Source: Acidobacteriales bacterium 13_1_40CM_3_55_5
Lineage (GTDB): Bacteria > Acidobacteriota > Terriglobia > Terriglobales > Acidobacteriaceae
Assembly (NCBI GenBank): GCA_001918935.1
Contig: MNGW01000093.1
Span: forward strand, 5,302-69,301
Direction of reading: 5' to 3'
DNA length: 64,000 nt
Made by a program: the position numbers and the translations under genes. The notes under the pieces are model-generated. The model had not been told where the DNA came from. It ran no database searches and was given only the letters and a program-made list of their open reading frames with translations. Numbering within the stretch: position 1 is the stretch's first letter; every line of letters begins with the position of its first letter. This document shows positions 17,860 to 27,373 of this stretch, piece by piece.

Positions 17860-18734
17860 CCATGGCTGAAAATCTGAAGGTCATATCGGACAACCCACCA
17901 TCGCTGACGTCTTCGCCGACCACTGCGTCGCCCTCCGGGCAGCAATCAAATCGCCAGGAAAGCGATTCCCCTTTCGCAGTCACCGTAGGCGATGTCTACG
18001 AGGGCCCACTCGATTTACTGCTAGACCTGATCCGCAAGCAGGACATCGATATCTACGACATCCCCATCGCCAGAATCACAGCACAGTATCTTGCCTACGT
18101 CGAAAAATTGCGCGAGCTGGACGTGAACATTGCGGCAGACTTTATTTACATGGCTGCGGTGTTGATCCACATCAAGTCGAAGATGCTTCTACCGCGAGAC
18201 CCAGATGCCGCTGCCGAGGCCGAAGACGATCCCCGCGCCGAACTAGTCAACCGGCTGCTAGAACATGAAAAATTCAAGTCCGCGGCGCAAATGTTGATGC
18301 AGAAGCAGCAAATCGAAGACGCCGTGTGGTCCAACCCAGCGCTCAAAGATTTCAAAGACGCCGAGGGCACAGATCCCGAAATCGCCGCCGACGTAATTGA
18401 CCTGGTAAAAACCTTTCAGCAGATCATGGAGCGCGCCCGCTCGCGTCCCATGCTTCAGGTTGACGAGGAAACCGTTAACGTCGGCCAGATGATTGAGTAT
18501 TTGCAGCGGCGACTGTCCCTGGAAGACCGCCCGATTCGCCTGAAGCAGTTGCTGCGCAACGTGAATTCGCGGCAAGCACTGGTTTGCATGTTCCTTGCAT
18601 TGCTGGAATTAGTGCGCCTGCAAGCCATCCAATTGCGCCAAGACCGGCTCTTCGGTGAAATCCTGGTCCGCAAACACACCGGCTTCGAAGCGATCATGGC
18701 CGAGCAGATAGCAGTGCGCGACGATTGGAGATAG
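17856..18734 (+). CDS. scpA: segregation and condensation protein A
   Basis: YEGPLDLLLDLIRKQDIDIYDIPIA. Overlaps the trpS stop. Confidence 0.85.
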   Translation: MTMAENLKVISDNPPSLTSSPTTASPSGQQSNRQESDSPFAVTVGDVYEGPLDLLLDLIRKQDIDIYDIPIARITAQYLAYVEKLRELDVNIAADFIYMAAVLIHIKSKMLLPRDPDAAAEAEDDPRAELVNRLLEHEKFKSAAQMLMQKQQIEDAVWSNPALKDFKDAEGTDPEIAADVIDLVKTFQQIMERARSRPMLQVDEETVNVGQMIEYLQRRLSLEDRPIRLKQLLRNVNSRQALVCMFLALLELVRLQAIQLRQDRLFGEILVRKHTGFEAIMAEQIAVRDDWR

Positions 18735-18873
18735 GAAATCAGTGGCCAATGGCTAGTGGTAAGCGGGCCAGCAGTCTGTAGCCACGCCAGATAGGCAGCG
18801 CCGGAGGCGCAAAACAACTTAGCCCAGCTCTTTAGGGCTGGGACATCGGAGTACGCGAGTCTTAAATCACAGC

Positions 18874-19623
18874 ATGAGTCTAAAAGCCAAACTCGAAGCC
18901 ATCATCTACGCGGCGGAAACGCCGATCACGCTCGACCATATTTTCCAACTGGTAAAAGAATCGGTCATCAACGACGGTGCAACCGACGAGGCCGAAGCGA
19001 AATCCCGCGTCCGAGCAACTCTGGACGACCTGGTTGCGGATTACAGCTCCGGCGATCACGGCGTCGAAATCCGTCAAGTCGCAGGCGGATATCGCATGTC
19101 CACCAAGCCCGAGCATCACGACGTGGTGCGTATGTTTGCCAAAAGTCTGAAGCCGCCGATCCGCCTCTCGCTACCCGCACTCGAAACCCTGGCCGTCATT
19201 GCCTACAAACAGCCTGTCACAGTCCCTGAGATCAGCGAAATTCGCGGCGTCGATTCCAGCGGCGTCATTGGCACCCTGCTGGACCGCAAGCTGATCACAA
19301 CTGCAGGGCGAAAAGCAGTGGTCGGGCGGCCCATCCTTTACCGGAGTACAAAAGAATTCCTGCTACGCTTCGGCCTCAAAGACGTCACCGAACTACCAAG
19401 CATGGAGGAGTTTGAAAAGCTGGTCGCGAAGTCTTTTCAGAGTGATCTGCTCCCAGTGGACGATCAACGTTCCGATTCGCCTGCGGAGGGTTCCACTCTG
19501 TCCGACTCTACGCTCAGCGAATCCACCGAACAAGAGGCAGACCTCCAGTCTGTGGAAGCCGCCGAAGATGAAGGAATGGCAACAGCCGAGCGCAATCGCG
19601 GTGAAAATGATCCCGCCGCCTGA
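18874..19623 (+). CDS. scpB: SMC-Scp complex subunit ScpB
   Basis: LSLPALETLAVIAYKQPVTVPEISEIRGV; follows scpA. Confidence 0.85.
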   Translation: MSLKAKLEAIIYAAETPITLDHIFQLVKESVINDGATDEAEAKSRVRATLDDLVADYSSGDHGVEIRQVAGGYRMSTKPEHHDVVRMFAKSLKPPIRLSLPALETLAVIAYKQPVTVPEISEIRGVDSSGVIGTLLDRKLITTAGRKAVVGRPILYRSTKEFLLRFGLKDVTELPSMEEFEKLVAKSFQSDLLPVDDQRSDSPAEGSTLSDSTLSESTEQEADLQSVEAAEDEGMATAERNRGENDPAA

Positions 19624-19663
19624 ATTCCGCGCTGCACAATACTTGTTCGAAGGTTCATAACCC

Positions 19664-20395
19664 ATGCCCGCCGAACGTCTGCAAAAAATTATTGCTGCCG
19701 CAGGAATTGCTTCGCGCCGCAAGGCCGAGCAGCTAATTACCGGCGGACTCGTCTCCGTAAATGGGAAGGTTGTAACCGAACTGGGGAGCAAGGCCGATGC
19801 CGAGCATGATCACATCCGGGTAAACGGCAAGCTTCTGCGCGGCGCCGAGCGGCACGTCTACCTCGTGATGAACAAACCCAAGGGATATGTCACCACGCTC
19901 AGCGACCCCGAGCGCCGTCCCACAGTGATGGATCTTTTGCAAGGCGTGGGTGCGCGCGTCTATCCCGTCGGACGCCTAGACTATGCCAGTGAAGGCCTGC
20001 TCCTGCTCACCAATGACGGCGAATTCGCCAACCGCCTGATGAAAGCGGCTTCCCATGTGCCGAAGACTTACATGGTGAAGCTTGCCGGCACGCCTTCCGT
20101 CGAGGGTCTTTCACGCCTGCGTTCCGGCCTCTTCATCGCGGTTCCAGGCGGTCGGAGAGTAAAGACGGCGCCAGCCAAGGTTCGGCTGATTCGCGAAGCC
20201 AATAATCCCTGGTATGAAGTCACGCTGATTGAGGGACGGAATCGCCAGATCCGCAAAATGTTCGAAGAAATCGGACACCACGTGGAAAAAATCAAACGCG
20301 TCCGCTACGGACCGCTAGAGTTGGATGTACACCCCGGAGAATTTCGCCGCCTCACGCCGCAGGAAGTCACACGATTGAAGGCCGCCACTAAATAA
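19664..20395 (+). CDS. rluB: pseudouridine synthase, RsuA/RluB family with S4 domain
   Basis: RLQKIIAAAGIASRRKAE (S4 domain) and GRLDYASEGLLLLTNDG. Confidence 0.85.
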   Translation: MPAERLQKIIAAAGIASRRKAEQLITGGLVSVNGKVVTELGSKADAEHDHIRVNGKLLRGAERHVYLVMNKPKGYVTTLSDPERRPTVMDLLQGVGARVYPVGRLDYASEGLLLLTNDGEFANRLMKAASHVPKTYMVKLAGTPSVEGLSRLRSGLFIAVPGGRRVKTAPAKVRLIREANNPWYEVTLIEGRNRQIRKMFEEIGHHVEKIKRVRYGPLELDVHPGEFRRLTPQEVTRLKAATK

Positions 20396-21461
20396 TTTTT
20401 CTCATCGTCGCGCCGGCTGGATGGATATCAGAAACCGTCTCGGCCGCAATCATTGGCAACCTCGCCGCGCCGTACAACCCAGCATCACTGCCTAGCAGCG
20501 CTCGAGTGACGATCGTCCGAGTTGGACCGCCCGGCTCCACTTGGGCCGAAGCTCCTTGCTCTTCGCCCGCAACCGAAGGCGGAGCTGTCGCGGCGTACAC
20601 CATCGACCGCTTCTTCAGCTCATCAAAGATGGCGGGTGAAAACGCTTCCCAGGCGCTCGACACTCCGCCGCCAACCACATACATGGGAAGATTGAGAGCA
20701 TTCACCAGATCGGCAATCACAATTCCCAGCGCGCGTCCCACGCGGCGAAAGATTTTCTTGGCTTCATCGTCTCCCTGGATGGCCAGGTTGTACACCGCCT
20801 TAGCGCTGAACTCCGGATTCGCACTGGCAGCATGCGAAAGTCCTGGCGCGATATGCTGCTCGATTGCCTCGCGCGCCATGCGCACCACTGCCGTGGCGGA
20901 AGCGTACTGCTCCAAGCATCCCCGGTTTCCGCACCCGCACTGCACACCCTCGGGCTCCACGGTGATATGTCCAAACTCGCCCGCCATGCCGGTCATCCCA
21001 TGCCATATCGCGCGCCTCAGCACGATGCCTCCACCCACCCCGGTGCCGAGCGTCAACATTGCCATGTCTTCCACGTTGCGGGCCGCCCCCAGCCAATTCT
21101 CGCCAAACGCCGCGGCGTTGGCATCGTTTTCCAGAATCACTCGCGTACCCAGCATCTGCTCGATTTGCGCTCGCACCGCCGATTCCGCCCACCCCGGCAA
21201 ATTAGGCGACTCGCGCAACGTGCCCGTCTTCATGTCGATGATTCCGGGCACGCCGATGCCGATACCTTGCAGCGCCCCTGAACCCTCATACTTGTGTGCC
21301 AGATGGCGGATCGCTTCGCACATGTCGTGGATCACACGATCCCGGCCCAACGCCACCTGCGTGCCCAACGTGACTTTCTCCAGCAGCACTCCGTGCTCAT
21401 CCACCGCCGCAATGCGAAGGTTGGTTCCGCCGAGATCAACGCCAATCGAGAAGTCAGCCAT
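20388..21461 (-). CDS. ROK family glucokinase
   Basis: IGVDLGGTNLRIAAVD and the CGCGNRGCLE zinc motif. Start placed at ATG 21461, not the TTG at 21479. Confidence 0.9.
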   Translation of the reverse strand: MADFSIGVDLGGTNLRIAAVDEHGVLLEKVTLGTQVALGRDRVIHDMCEAIRHLAHKYEGSGALQGIGIGVPGIIDMKTGTLRESPNLPGWAESAVRAQIEQMLGTRVILENDANAAAFGENWLGAARNVEDMAMLTLGTGVGGGIVLRRAIWHGMTGMAGEFGHITVEPEGVQCGCGNRGCLEQYASATAVVRMAREAIEQHIAPGLSHAASANPEFSAKAVYNLAIQGDDEAKKIFRRVGRALGIVIADLVNALNLPMYVVGGGVSSAWEAFSPAIFDELKKRSMVYAATAPPSVAGEEQGASAQVEPGGPTRTIVTRALLGSDAGLYGAARLPMIAAETVSDIHPAGATMRKII

Positions 21462-21465
21462 GTTA

Positions 21466-21577
21466 TTTCCGATTTCCAATTGCCGATTTCCGATTTGAAA
21501 TCCAAACCTGTCTAAACGTCAAGGTAGCGCCGGCGTCCCGCCGGCAACGTCAGGAAATAGGTAAGCGAAATCGGAAG
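21466..21577. repeat. composite palindromic element: CCGATTT heptad arms around a GC hairpin
   Basis: tttccgatttccaattgccgatttccgatttg (21466-21497) faces cgaaatcggaag (21566-21577). The inner hairpin is gccggcg-tcc-cgccggc at 21529-21545. Confidence 0.6.
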
Positions 21578-21579
21578 TG

Positions 21580-22410
21580 TCACGTCTGGCACTTCGGACA
21601 ATAATGACTGCTGCGTCCCGCGATGACGATCCGCTTGATGGCAGCCTTACAACTAAGACACCGCTCGCCCTCGCGTCCGTAAACCCGGTGTTCCAATTGG
21701 AACGAACCTTCCTGCCCATCGGAATCAACGTAGTCAGACACTGACGATCCGCCCAGCGCAATGGCTTCCTTCAGCACTTCCTGCACCGACTTATACAGAC
21801 GCCGAAGGTTCTCTCTGGTCAGCGATGCCGCACGCCGCCGGGGACGAATGCCTGCCCGGAACAGGGATTCATCAGCGTAGATATTTCCCACTCCACGCAA
21901 CAATTTTTGGTTCAGCAGCGCACTCTTGATAGGTGTCTTGCGTCCATGAAACAGCGTGATAAAGCGATCGAGTTTAACGTCCAGAGGTTCGCAGCCGACG
22001 GCATCAAAATCGCGCGCCACGCTCAACCGTCCAAACCGGCGAGGGTCCACGAACCGCAGTTCGCGCCCTGATGCCAGTTTCACTACTGCATGCGTGTGCT
22101 TTGCGATTTCCAGTTCGGGCTTGCAAACCAGCATGCTGCCCGTCATCCCCAGATGCACGATCCACTGAGCCTTAGCACTCACCCGTTTTTCTGACCGCCG
22201 TCCGCGCGTACTCACCAACTCGAACACAATATGTTTTCCCATGCGACGCACATCCGCAATCCGTCTGGATTGAAGGGTGGCCGCAATCTCAGCCGCGGAT
22301 GACTTCAATGGCTCAGGTTTCGACCCCAGCCAAACGGACTCGATAAAATCGCCGGTCAGGCGACTCGCCAGCCCGCGTGCGATGGTTTCGACTTCCGGTA
22401 ATTCAGGCAT
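21580..22410 (-). CDS. mutM: formamidopyrimidine-DNA glycosylase
   Basis: MPELPEVETI N-terminus and a C-terminal zinc finger (C..C...C..C). Confidence 0.95.
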   Translation of the reverse strand: MPELPEVETIARGLASRLTGDFIESVWLGSKPEPLKSSAAEIAATLQSRRIADVRRMGKHIVFELVSTRGRRSEKRVSAKAQWIVHLGMTGSMLVCKPELEIAKHTHAVVKLASGRELRFVDPRRFGRLSVARDFDAVGCEPLDVKLDRFITLFHGRKTPIKSALLNQKLLRGVGNIYADESLFRAGIRPRRRAASLTRENLRRLYKSVQEVLKEAIALGGSSVSDYVDSDGQEGSFQLEHRVYGREGERCLSCKAAIKRIVIAGRSSHYCPKCQT

Positions 22411-22431
22411 TTGAATTCAGTCTACAACGTG

Positions 22432-22474
22432 TCTGAGACCTGAGACCTGTCACCCGCGACCTGAGACCTGACCC
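22432..22474. repeat. ACCTGAG heptad tandem array
   Basis: tctgag acctgag acctgtc acccgcg acctgag acctgac cc. Confidence 0.6.
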
Positions 22475-22663
22475 ACAAACCGCATTGCCATCCACCATCC
22501 TGCAGGTTATCATTTCCGGTACACACCTGCTCTTACATCCCAGCCATTCAGCAACTGCGCAGTTTTTATTGCGGGCAACCAGTGTGTGCGACCCGGGAAA
22601 TGCGGCTAGGCCTGTTTTAAAGCGACGCCGAAGCCGCGCCAGTCTGTTAAATGGAGTGTACTT

Positions 22664-24025
22664 TTGAGCAAAGTGAGAACTGCGGTCATCGTCGGCGCGC
22701 AATGGGGCGACGAAGGCAAGGGCAAGATTGTCGACGTGCTCTCCGACAACTTTTCCATCGTGGCCCGCTATGCCGGAGGCCACAATGCCGGCCACACGGT
22801 CATCATCAAGGGCAAGAAATTCATCCTGCAACTGGTTCCTTGCGGCGTGCTGCGTTCCGGTTGCCGCAGTGTGATCGGCAACGGTGTTGTGCTCGATCCC
22901 ATGGCTTTCCTCAAGGAAGTTGCGGCACTTCGTGAAAACGGAGTGAAGGTGGACGGCAATCTGTTCGTCAGTAGCCGCGCTCAGGTGATTCTGCCTTATC
23001 ACCGCATGATTGAGTTGGCCTCGGAGAACGCGCCCGGACGAGTAAAAATTGGTACCACTTCTCGCGGCATTGGGCCTGCCTACGAAGACAAAATGGGCCG
23101 TCGCGGCTTGCGCGTTGCTGATCTCCTTGACCTCGGATTATTGAAAACGCATATCGAAAATGCCTGCCGCGAGAAAAACATGATCGCGCATGCGTTATTC
23201 AATTCGGAACCGCTGGATTCCGACAAGATGTATCAAGAATATGCTCAGGCTTCGGCCCAAATTGCTCCCTTCGTGAGTGACACGGCCGCACTCCTGAACC
23301 AGGCTCTGGCGGAAGGCGAATCCGTCATGTTCGAAGGGGCGCAAGGCACCATGCTCGACATCGATCATGGAACTTATCCCTTCGTCACTTCTTCCAGCGC
23401 CACTTCCGGCGGCGCCGCGATCGGCACCGGTGTTGCCCCTAACGCAATCGATAGCGTCATTGGCGTCACCAAGGCGTACTGCACGCGTGTAGGCGGCGGA
23501 CCTTTCCCCACCGAAGCGCTGGATGCCACCGGCGACTTGTTGCGTGCGCGCGGCAATGAATATGGTGCAGTGACGGGACGTCCCCGGCGGTGCGGATGGA
23601 TCGATTTGCCACTGTTGCGCTACGCTGGCATGATTAACGGTATCTCGTGGCTGGTCGTGACCAAACTCGATGTGCTCGATGAACTCGATCAGATTCCGGT
23701 TTGCATGGCTTACACCATCAATGGCCGCAGCACCACCGAAATTCCGGCGCAATCCAGTGTCTATGATCAGATCAAATGTATCTATGCGAAAATGCCTGGC
23801 TGGCGTACTCCCACTCTGGGGATCACAAAGCTTGAGAAGCTGCCAAAAGCAGCCCGTGAGTATCTGGCTTTCCTCGAGAAAGAAAGTGGAGCTCGCATCG
23901 GCATGATCTCCACTGGTCCCGGACGAGAGCAAACTATTTTCGTGGATGAGTTTGCCGATGAGTTAAAAACTTTGGCGGAACGAAAAGTAAGGACAACTAA
24001 AAATCTAAAACGGAGCAGCAGGTAA
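22664..24025 (+). CDS. purA: adenylosuccinate synthase
   Basis: VIVGAQWGDEGKGKIVD and GTTSRGIGPAYEDK. TTG start. Confidence 0.95.
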   Translation: MSKVRTAVIVGAQWGDEGKGKIVDVLSDNFSIVARYAGGHNAGHTVIIKGKKFILQLVPCGVLRSGCRSVIGNGVVLDPMAFLKEVAALRENGVKVDGNLFVSSRAQVILPYHRMIELASENAPGRVKIGTTSRGIGPAYEDKMGRRGLRVADLLDLGLLKTHIENACREKNMIAHALFNSEPLDSDKMYQEYAQASAQIAPFVSDTAALLNQALAEGESVMFEGAQGTMLDIDHGTYPFVTSSSATSGGAAIGTGVAPNAIDSVIGVTKAYCTRVGGGPFPTEALDATGDLLRARGNEYGAVTGRPRRCGWIDLPLLRYAGMINGISWLVVTKLDVLDELDQIPVCMAYTINGRSTTEIPAQSSVYDQIKCIYAKMPGWRTPTLGITKLEKLPKAAREYLAFLEKESGARIGMISTGPGREQTIFVDEFADELKTLAERKVRTTKNLKRSSR

Positions 24026-24312
24026 TGGTCGTTCTGGCGGTGACGTGGATTGCAAAGGCAGGTCAAGAAGCGGAAGTAACTAGTATCTTTTCCAAGCTGA
24101 CCGAAGCGTCACGACAGGAACCCGGCTGTGTGGCTTTCCAGGTACATCGCCACAAAACTGAGGCTCTCCGCTTTTTTATTTACGAGGAATATAAGGACGA
24201 CGCAGCCCTCGAAGCTCACCGCGCCACTGCTCACTTTCTTCAGTACGCTCGCAAGGAATTGCCCCGCGTCGCTGATCGCGTCGAGGGCGTCGTCTATGAG
24301 CCGCTAGGCTGA
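24025..24312 (+). CDS. antibiotic-biosynthesis-monooxygenase (ABM) domain protein
   Basis: 95 aa. FFIYEEYKDDAALEAHRATAHF is typical of the ABM dimeric alpha-beta barrel. Confidence 0.75.
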   Translation: MVVLAVTWIAKAGQEAEVTSIFSKLTEASRQEPGCVAFQVHRHKTEALRFFIYEEYKDDAALEAHRATAHFLQYARKELPRVADRVEGVVYEPLG

Positions 24313-24324
24313 ACGTGTGACAAT

Positions 24325-24516
24325 CTATTTCCCCTTATCCGCCATCAATACTCCGGCGGAAGCGTAACTCTCGCGCTCAACTTCGAGGAATGTAATTACA
24401 ACCGCTTCACGCCTGGCCCCGGCTTCTTCGACCATCGCATCGGTAATACGTGTTGCCAGCTTGCGTTTCTGATCGGCCGTGCGGCCGGTCAACATTGTGA
24501 TTTGAACCAAGGGCAT
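24325..24516 (-). CDS. 4-oxalocrotonate tautomerase family protein
   Basis: 63 aa starting MPLVQITM (catalytic Pro1 context). Confidence 0.8.
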   Translation of the reverse strand: MPLVQITMLTGRTADQKRKLATRITDAMVEEAGARREAVVITFLEVERESYASAGVLMADKGK

Positions 24517-24561
24517 GAAAGCTCCTAGTAAAGCTACGGTCTCGACACGACCTAGCCGTAG

Positions 24562-24934
24562 CTATTTCGCCAGCTCGAATCCGGCAAAGAAAAAACTCAA
24601 CTCAAACCTTGCCGTATCTTCGGCATCCGATCCGTGGATGGCATTAAATTCGATGGTCGAGGCCCATTTCTTTCGGATCGTGCCCTCCTCCGCATTGGCG
24701 GGATTGGTCGCGCCCATTAGCTTGCGCAGATCGGCGATGGCATTCTCCTTCGCCAACGCCAGCACTACGATCGGTCCGCTGGACATGAAGTTGGTGAGCG
24801 AGTTGAAGAAAGATTTGCTCGCATGCACGGCGTAAAAAATCGTTTTTTTCGAATTGCTCAATGATGTCGCCGACCGCGTTTTTGCGCACCGCGTCCGGCT
24901 TGATGATGGTAAGAGTACGTTGTAGGGTTTTCAT
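24562..24934 (-). pseudogene. ndk: nucleoside diphosphate kinase, internally shortened and frameshifted
   Basis: The N-terminal part [33 protein letters not shown] and the C-terminal part [24 protein letters not shown]...NAIHGSD lie in different frames. They meet at the T6 run near 24841. Confidence 0.85.
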
Positions 24935-24979
24935 TATTTGGATTTCGTGATTTTCGATCTCAACTTCGCCACTTATAAA

Positions 24980-25864
24980 TTAAGCTCTCGCAGTCACACC
25001 CAGAGCTGCAATCACAGTCTCACCGATGTCGGCTGGAGACCTGGCGATATGAATGCCCGCGGCTTCCATCGCCTTGATTTTCTCCGCTGCAGTTCCTTTT
25101 CCGCCGGAAATAATCGCTCCCGCATGGCCCATGCGGCGTCCTGGAGGCGCCGTCTGCCCGGCGATGAATCCGATCACCGGTTTCCGCATGTGAGTCTTCA
25201 CGTACTCGGCCGCGGCTTCTTCCGCGCTTCCGCCGATTTCGCCGATCATCACAACCGCCTCGGTCATCGGATCCCGATTGAACAGGTCGATCGCGTCCAC
25301 GAAATTAGTGCCGATGATCGGATCGCCGCCAATGCCGATCGCTGTCGACTGCCCAACGCCACGAGTGGTGAGCTGATAAACCGCTTCATAAGTAAGCGTG
25401 CCGGAGCGCGAAACAATTCCCACCGGGCCCTCGCGGTGAATGTGACCCGGCATGATTCCGATTTTGCAATGTCCCGGCGAAATGATTCCAGGACAATTTG
25501 GTCCGATCAGCCGTGAGCGCCGGTTCTGCAAGAACTCCCATGCGCGTACCATGTCCAGCGTGGGAATACCTTCGGTGATGCAGACAATCACCTCTACCTC
25601 GGCATCGGCGGCCTCCATGATGGCGTCAGCCGCATACGGAGGGGGAACAAAAATGACGGAGGCATCCGCCCCAGTCTTGTCTACGGCTTCCTGCATGCTG
25701 TTGAAGATGGGCCAGCCTTCATGCCTGGTTCCACCTTTTCCAGGTGTGACCCCACCCACAATCCTGGTCCCGTACTCCGCGCAAGTCTTAGCGTGAAATG
25801 TTCCTTCCCGCCCCGTCAGTCCCTGCACGATTACCCGTGTCGATTTATCTATAAGAATGCTCAT
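24980..25864 (-). CDS. sucD: succinate--CoA ligase subunit alpha
   Basis: [14 protein letters not shown] and [15 protein letters not shown]. Confidence 0.95.
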   Translation of the reverse strand: MSILIDKSTRVIVQGLTGREGTFHAKTCAEYGTRIVGGVTPGKGGTRHEGWPIFNSMQEAVDKTGADASVIFVPPPYAADAIMEAADAEVEVIVCITEGIPTLDMVRAWEFLQNRRSRLIGPNCPGIISPGHCKIGIMPGHIHREGPVGIVSRSGTLTYEAVYQLTTRGVGQSTAIGIGGDPIIGTNFVDAIDLFNRDPMTEAVVMIGEIGGSAEEAAAEYVKTHMRKPVIGFIAGQTAPPGRRMGHAGAIISGGKGTAAEKIKAMEAAGIHIARSPADIGETVIAALGVTARA

Positions 25865-27036
25865 GACGCTCGCGCCGCCGCGACTACTTTCTCAGCCGCG
25901 TCCTTCATCGTGTCCGCCACAATAAAATTCAAACCCGATTGCTTCAAAATCTCGCGTCCCGCCTCGACATTCGTACCTTCCAGCCGCAACACAACCGGCA
26001 ACTGAATATGTGTCTTGCTCGCGGCTTCGACTACGCCTTTCGCCAGCGTATCCACGCGCAGAATGCCGCCAAAAATATTAATCAGCACGGCCTTCACATT
26101 CTTGTCGCTAAGCAGGATTTCGAATGCATGCGTCACCTGTTCTGCATTCGCCCCACCGCCAACATCCAAAAAATTCGCCGGCATCCCGCCCGCGTACTTG
26201 ATGATATCCATGGTCGCCATCGCAAGTCCGGCGCCATTCACCATGCAGCCCACGTTTCCATCGAGCTTGATGTAGTTGAGGTTGTACTTCGAAGCTTCCA
26301 CCTCGAGCGGATCTTCTTCGCTGATATCCCGCAGCTCGCGAATCTCCGGATGGCGGAAGAGCGCGTTGTCATCAAAGTTAATCTTCGTATCCAGTGCGAA
26401 CAGCCGCCCATCCGTGCAGGTAACGAATGGATTGATCTCCATCAGCGAACTATCGGTCTCCGCAAATGCCTTGTACAAGCTGGTCATGAATTGCGCTGCG
26501 GAATTGATCTGCTGCGCCTTCAGACCCAGCGCGAAGGCCAGCTTGCGCGCCTGGAAAGCTTCCAGGCCCAAGCCCGGATCAATGTATTCCTTGAGAATCG
26601 CAGCAGGATTCTCCGCCGCCACCTGCTCGATTTCCATGCCACCCGCGGCCGACGCCATAAATACCGGCCTGGCTTCGGTTCGATCAATCACGATTCCCAG
26701 GTAGAGCTCTTTTTCGATGGGCAAAGTTTCTTCGATCAGCAACCGTCGCACGATACGGCCTTCGGGCCCGGTCTGATGTGTGACCAGTCTCATCCCCAAC
26801 ATGTTCGTGGCGATCTCGACTGCCTCCTTCACTGACTTTGCAATCTTTACCCCGCCGCCCTTTCCTCGCCCACCCGCATGAATCTGTGCCTTTACGACTA
26901 TTGCCGAAGCTCCGGCGCCAAAGAGATGCTGCGCGGCGGCTTCGGCTTGATCGGCCGTCTCGGCTACCTCGCCGCGAGGCACAGCCACACCATACTTTTT
27001 CAGGATGCCTTTGGCTTGGTACTCATGAATCTTCAT
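25861..27036 (-). CDS. sucC: succinate--CoA ligase subunit beta
   Basis: [17 protein letters not shown]. Start placed at the internal Met. Confidence 0.95.
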   Translation of the reverse strand: MKIHEYQAKGILKKYGVAVPRGEVAETADQAEAAAQHLFGAGASAIVVKAQIHAGGRGKGGGVKIAKSVKEAVEIATNMLGMRLVTHQTGPEGRIVRRLLIEETLPIEKELYLGIVIDRTEARPVFMASAAGGMEIEQVAAENPAAILKEYIDPGLGLEAFQARKLAFALGLKAQQINSAAQFMTSLYKAFAETDSSLMEINPFVTCTDGRLFALDTKINFDDNALFRHPEIRELRDISEEDPLEVEASKYNLNYIKLDGNVGCMVNGAGLAMATMDIIKYAGGMPANFLDVGGGANAEQVTHAFEILLSDKNVKAVLINIFGGILRVDTLAKGVVEAASKTHIQLPVVLRLEGTNVEAGREILKQSGLNFIVADTMKDAAEKVVAAARAS

Positions 27037-27373
27037 AATGATTCGATTCCGGATCGGCAGGACCATGCTTGCGGCGTACTACTGCGGCAGCAAACCTTAG
27101 ATTTTATCTCAAAACCCGGCGACGGCGCCCCCGCGCTCCGCCTTTTTCGAAGCAGCGGATGATATCTGCGAGAGGGTCCTTGTTTGCGCTGTGAACTGGG
27201 AACTGAGAGCTAAACACTGCCTTGGAAACACCGTCTGAATGAAGGCTACTCTCCAATTCATATGTTGTACGTACATCCTCGTAACCACAAATGTTCCACG
27301 TGGAACGTTTCGACATTTTGGCAGATGTCTGGAATAAGGAATTGTCCCGCAATGCTACCCTTATACCCACACC

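Noticed and set aside
20506-21498. Long antisense ORFs opposite well-supported genes (20506-21498, 22403-23002, 23195-23932, 25939-26835, 47693-48349, 50185-51273, 993-1616 and others)
   Set aside because: Each lies entirely within a gene that has clear family motifs on the other strand. Their translations are Arg/Ala/Pro-rich and low-complexity, which is typical of shadow ORFs in GC-rich DNA.
22600-22620. AACTGCGCAGTT palindrome upstream of purA as a PurR-type box or terminator
   Set aside because: It does not resemble the PurR box I know. As a hairpin it would have only a 4-bp stem. It is a single occurrence, so I have no support for function.
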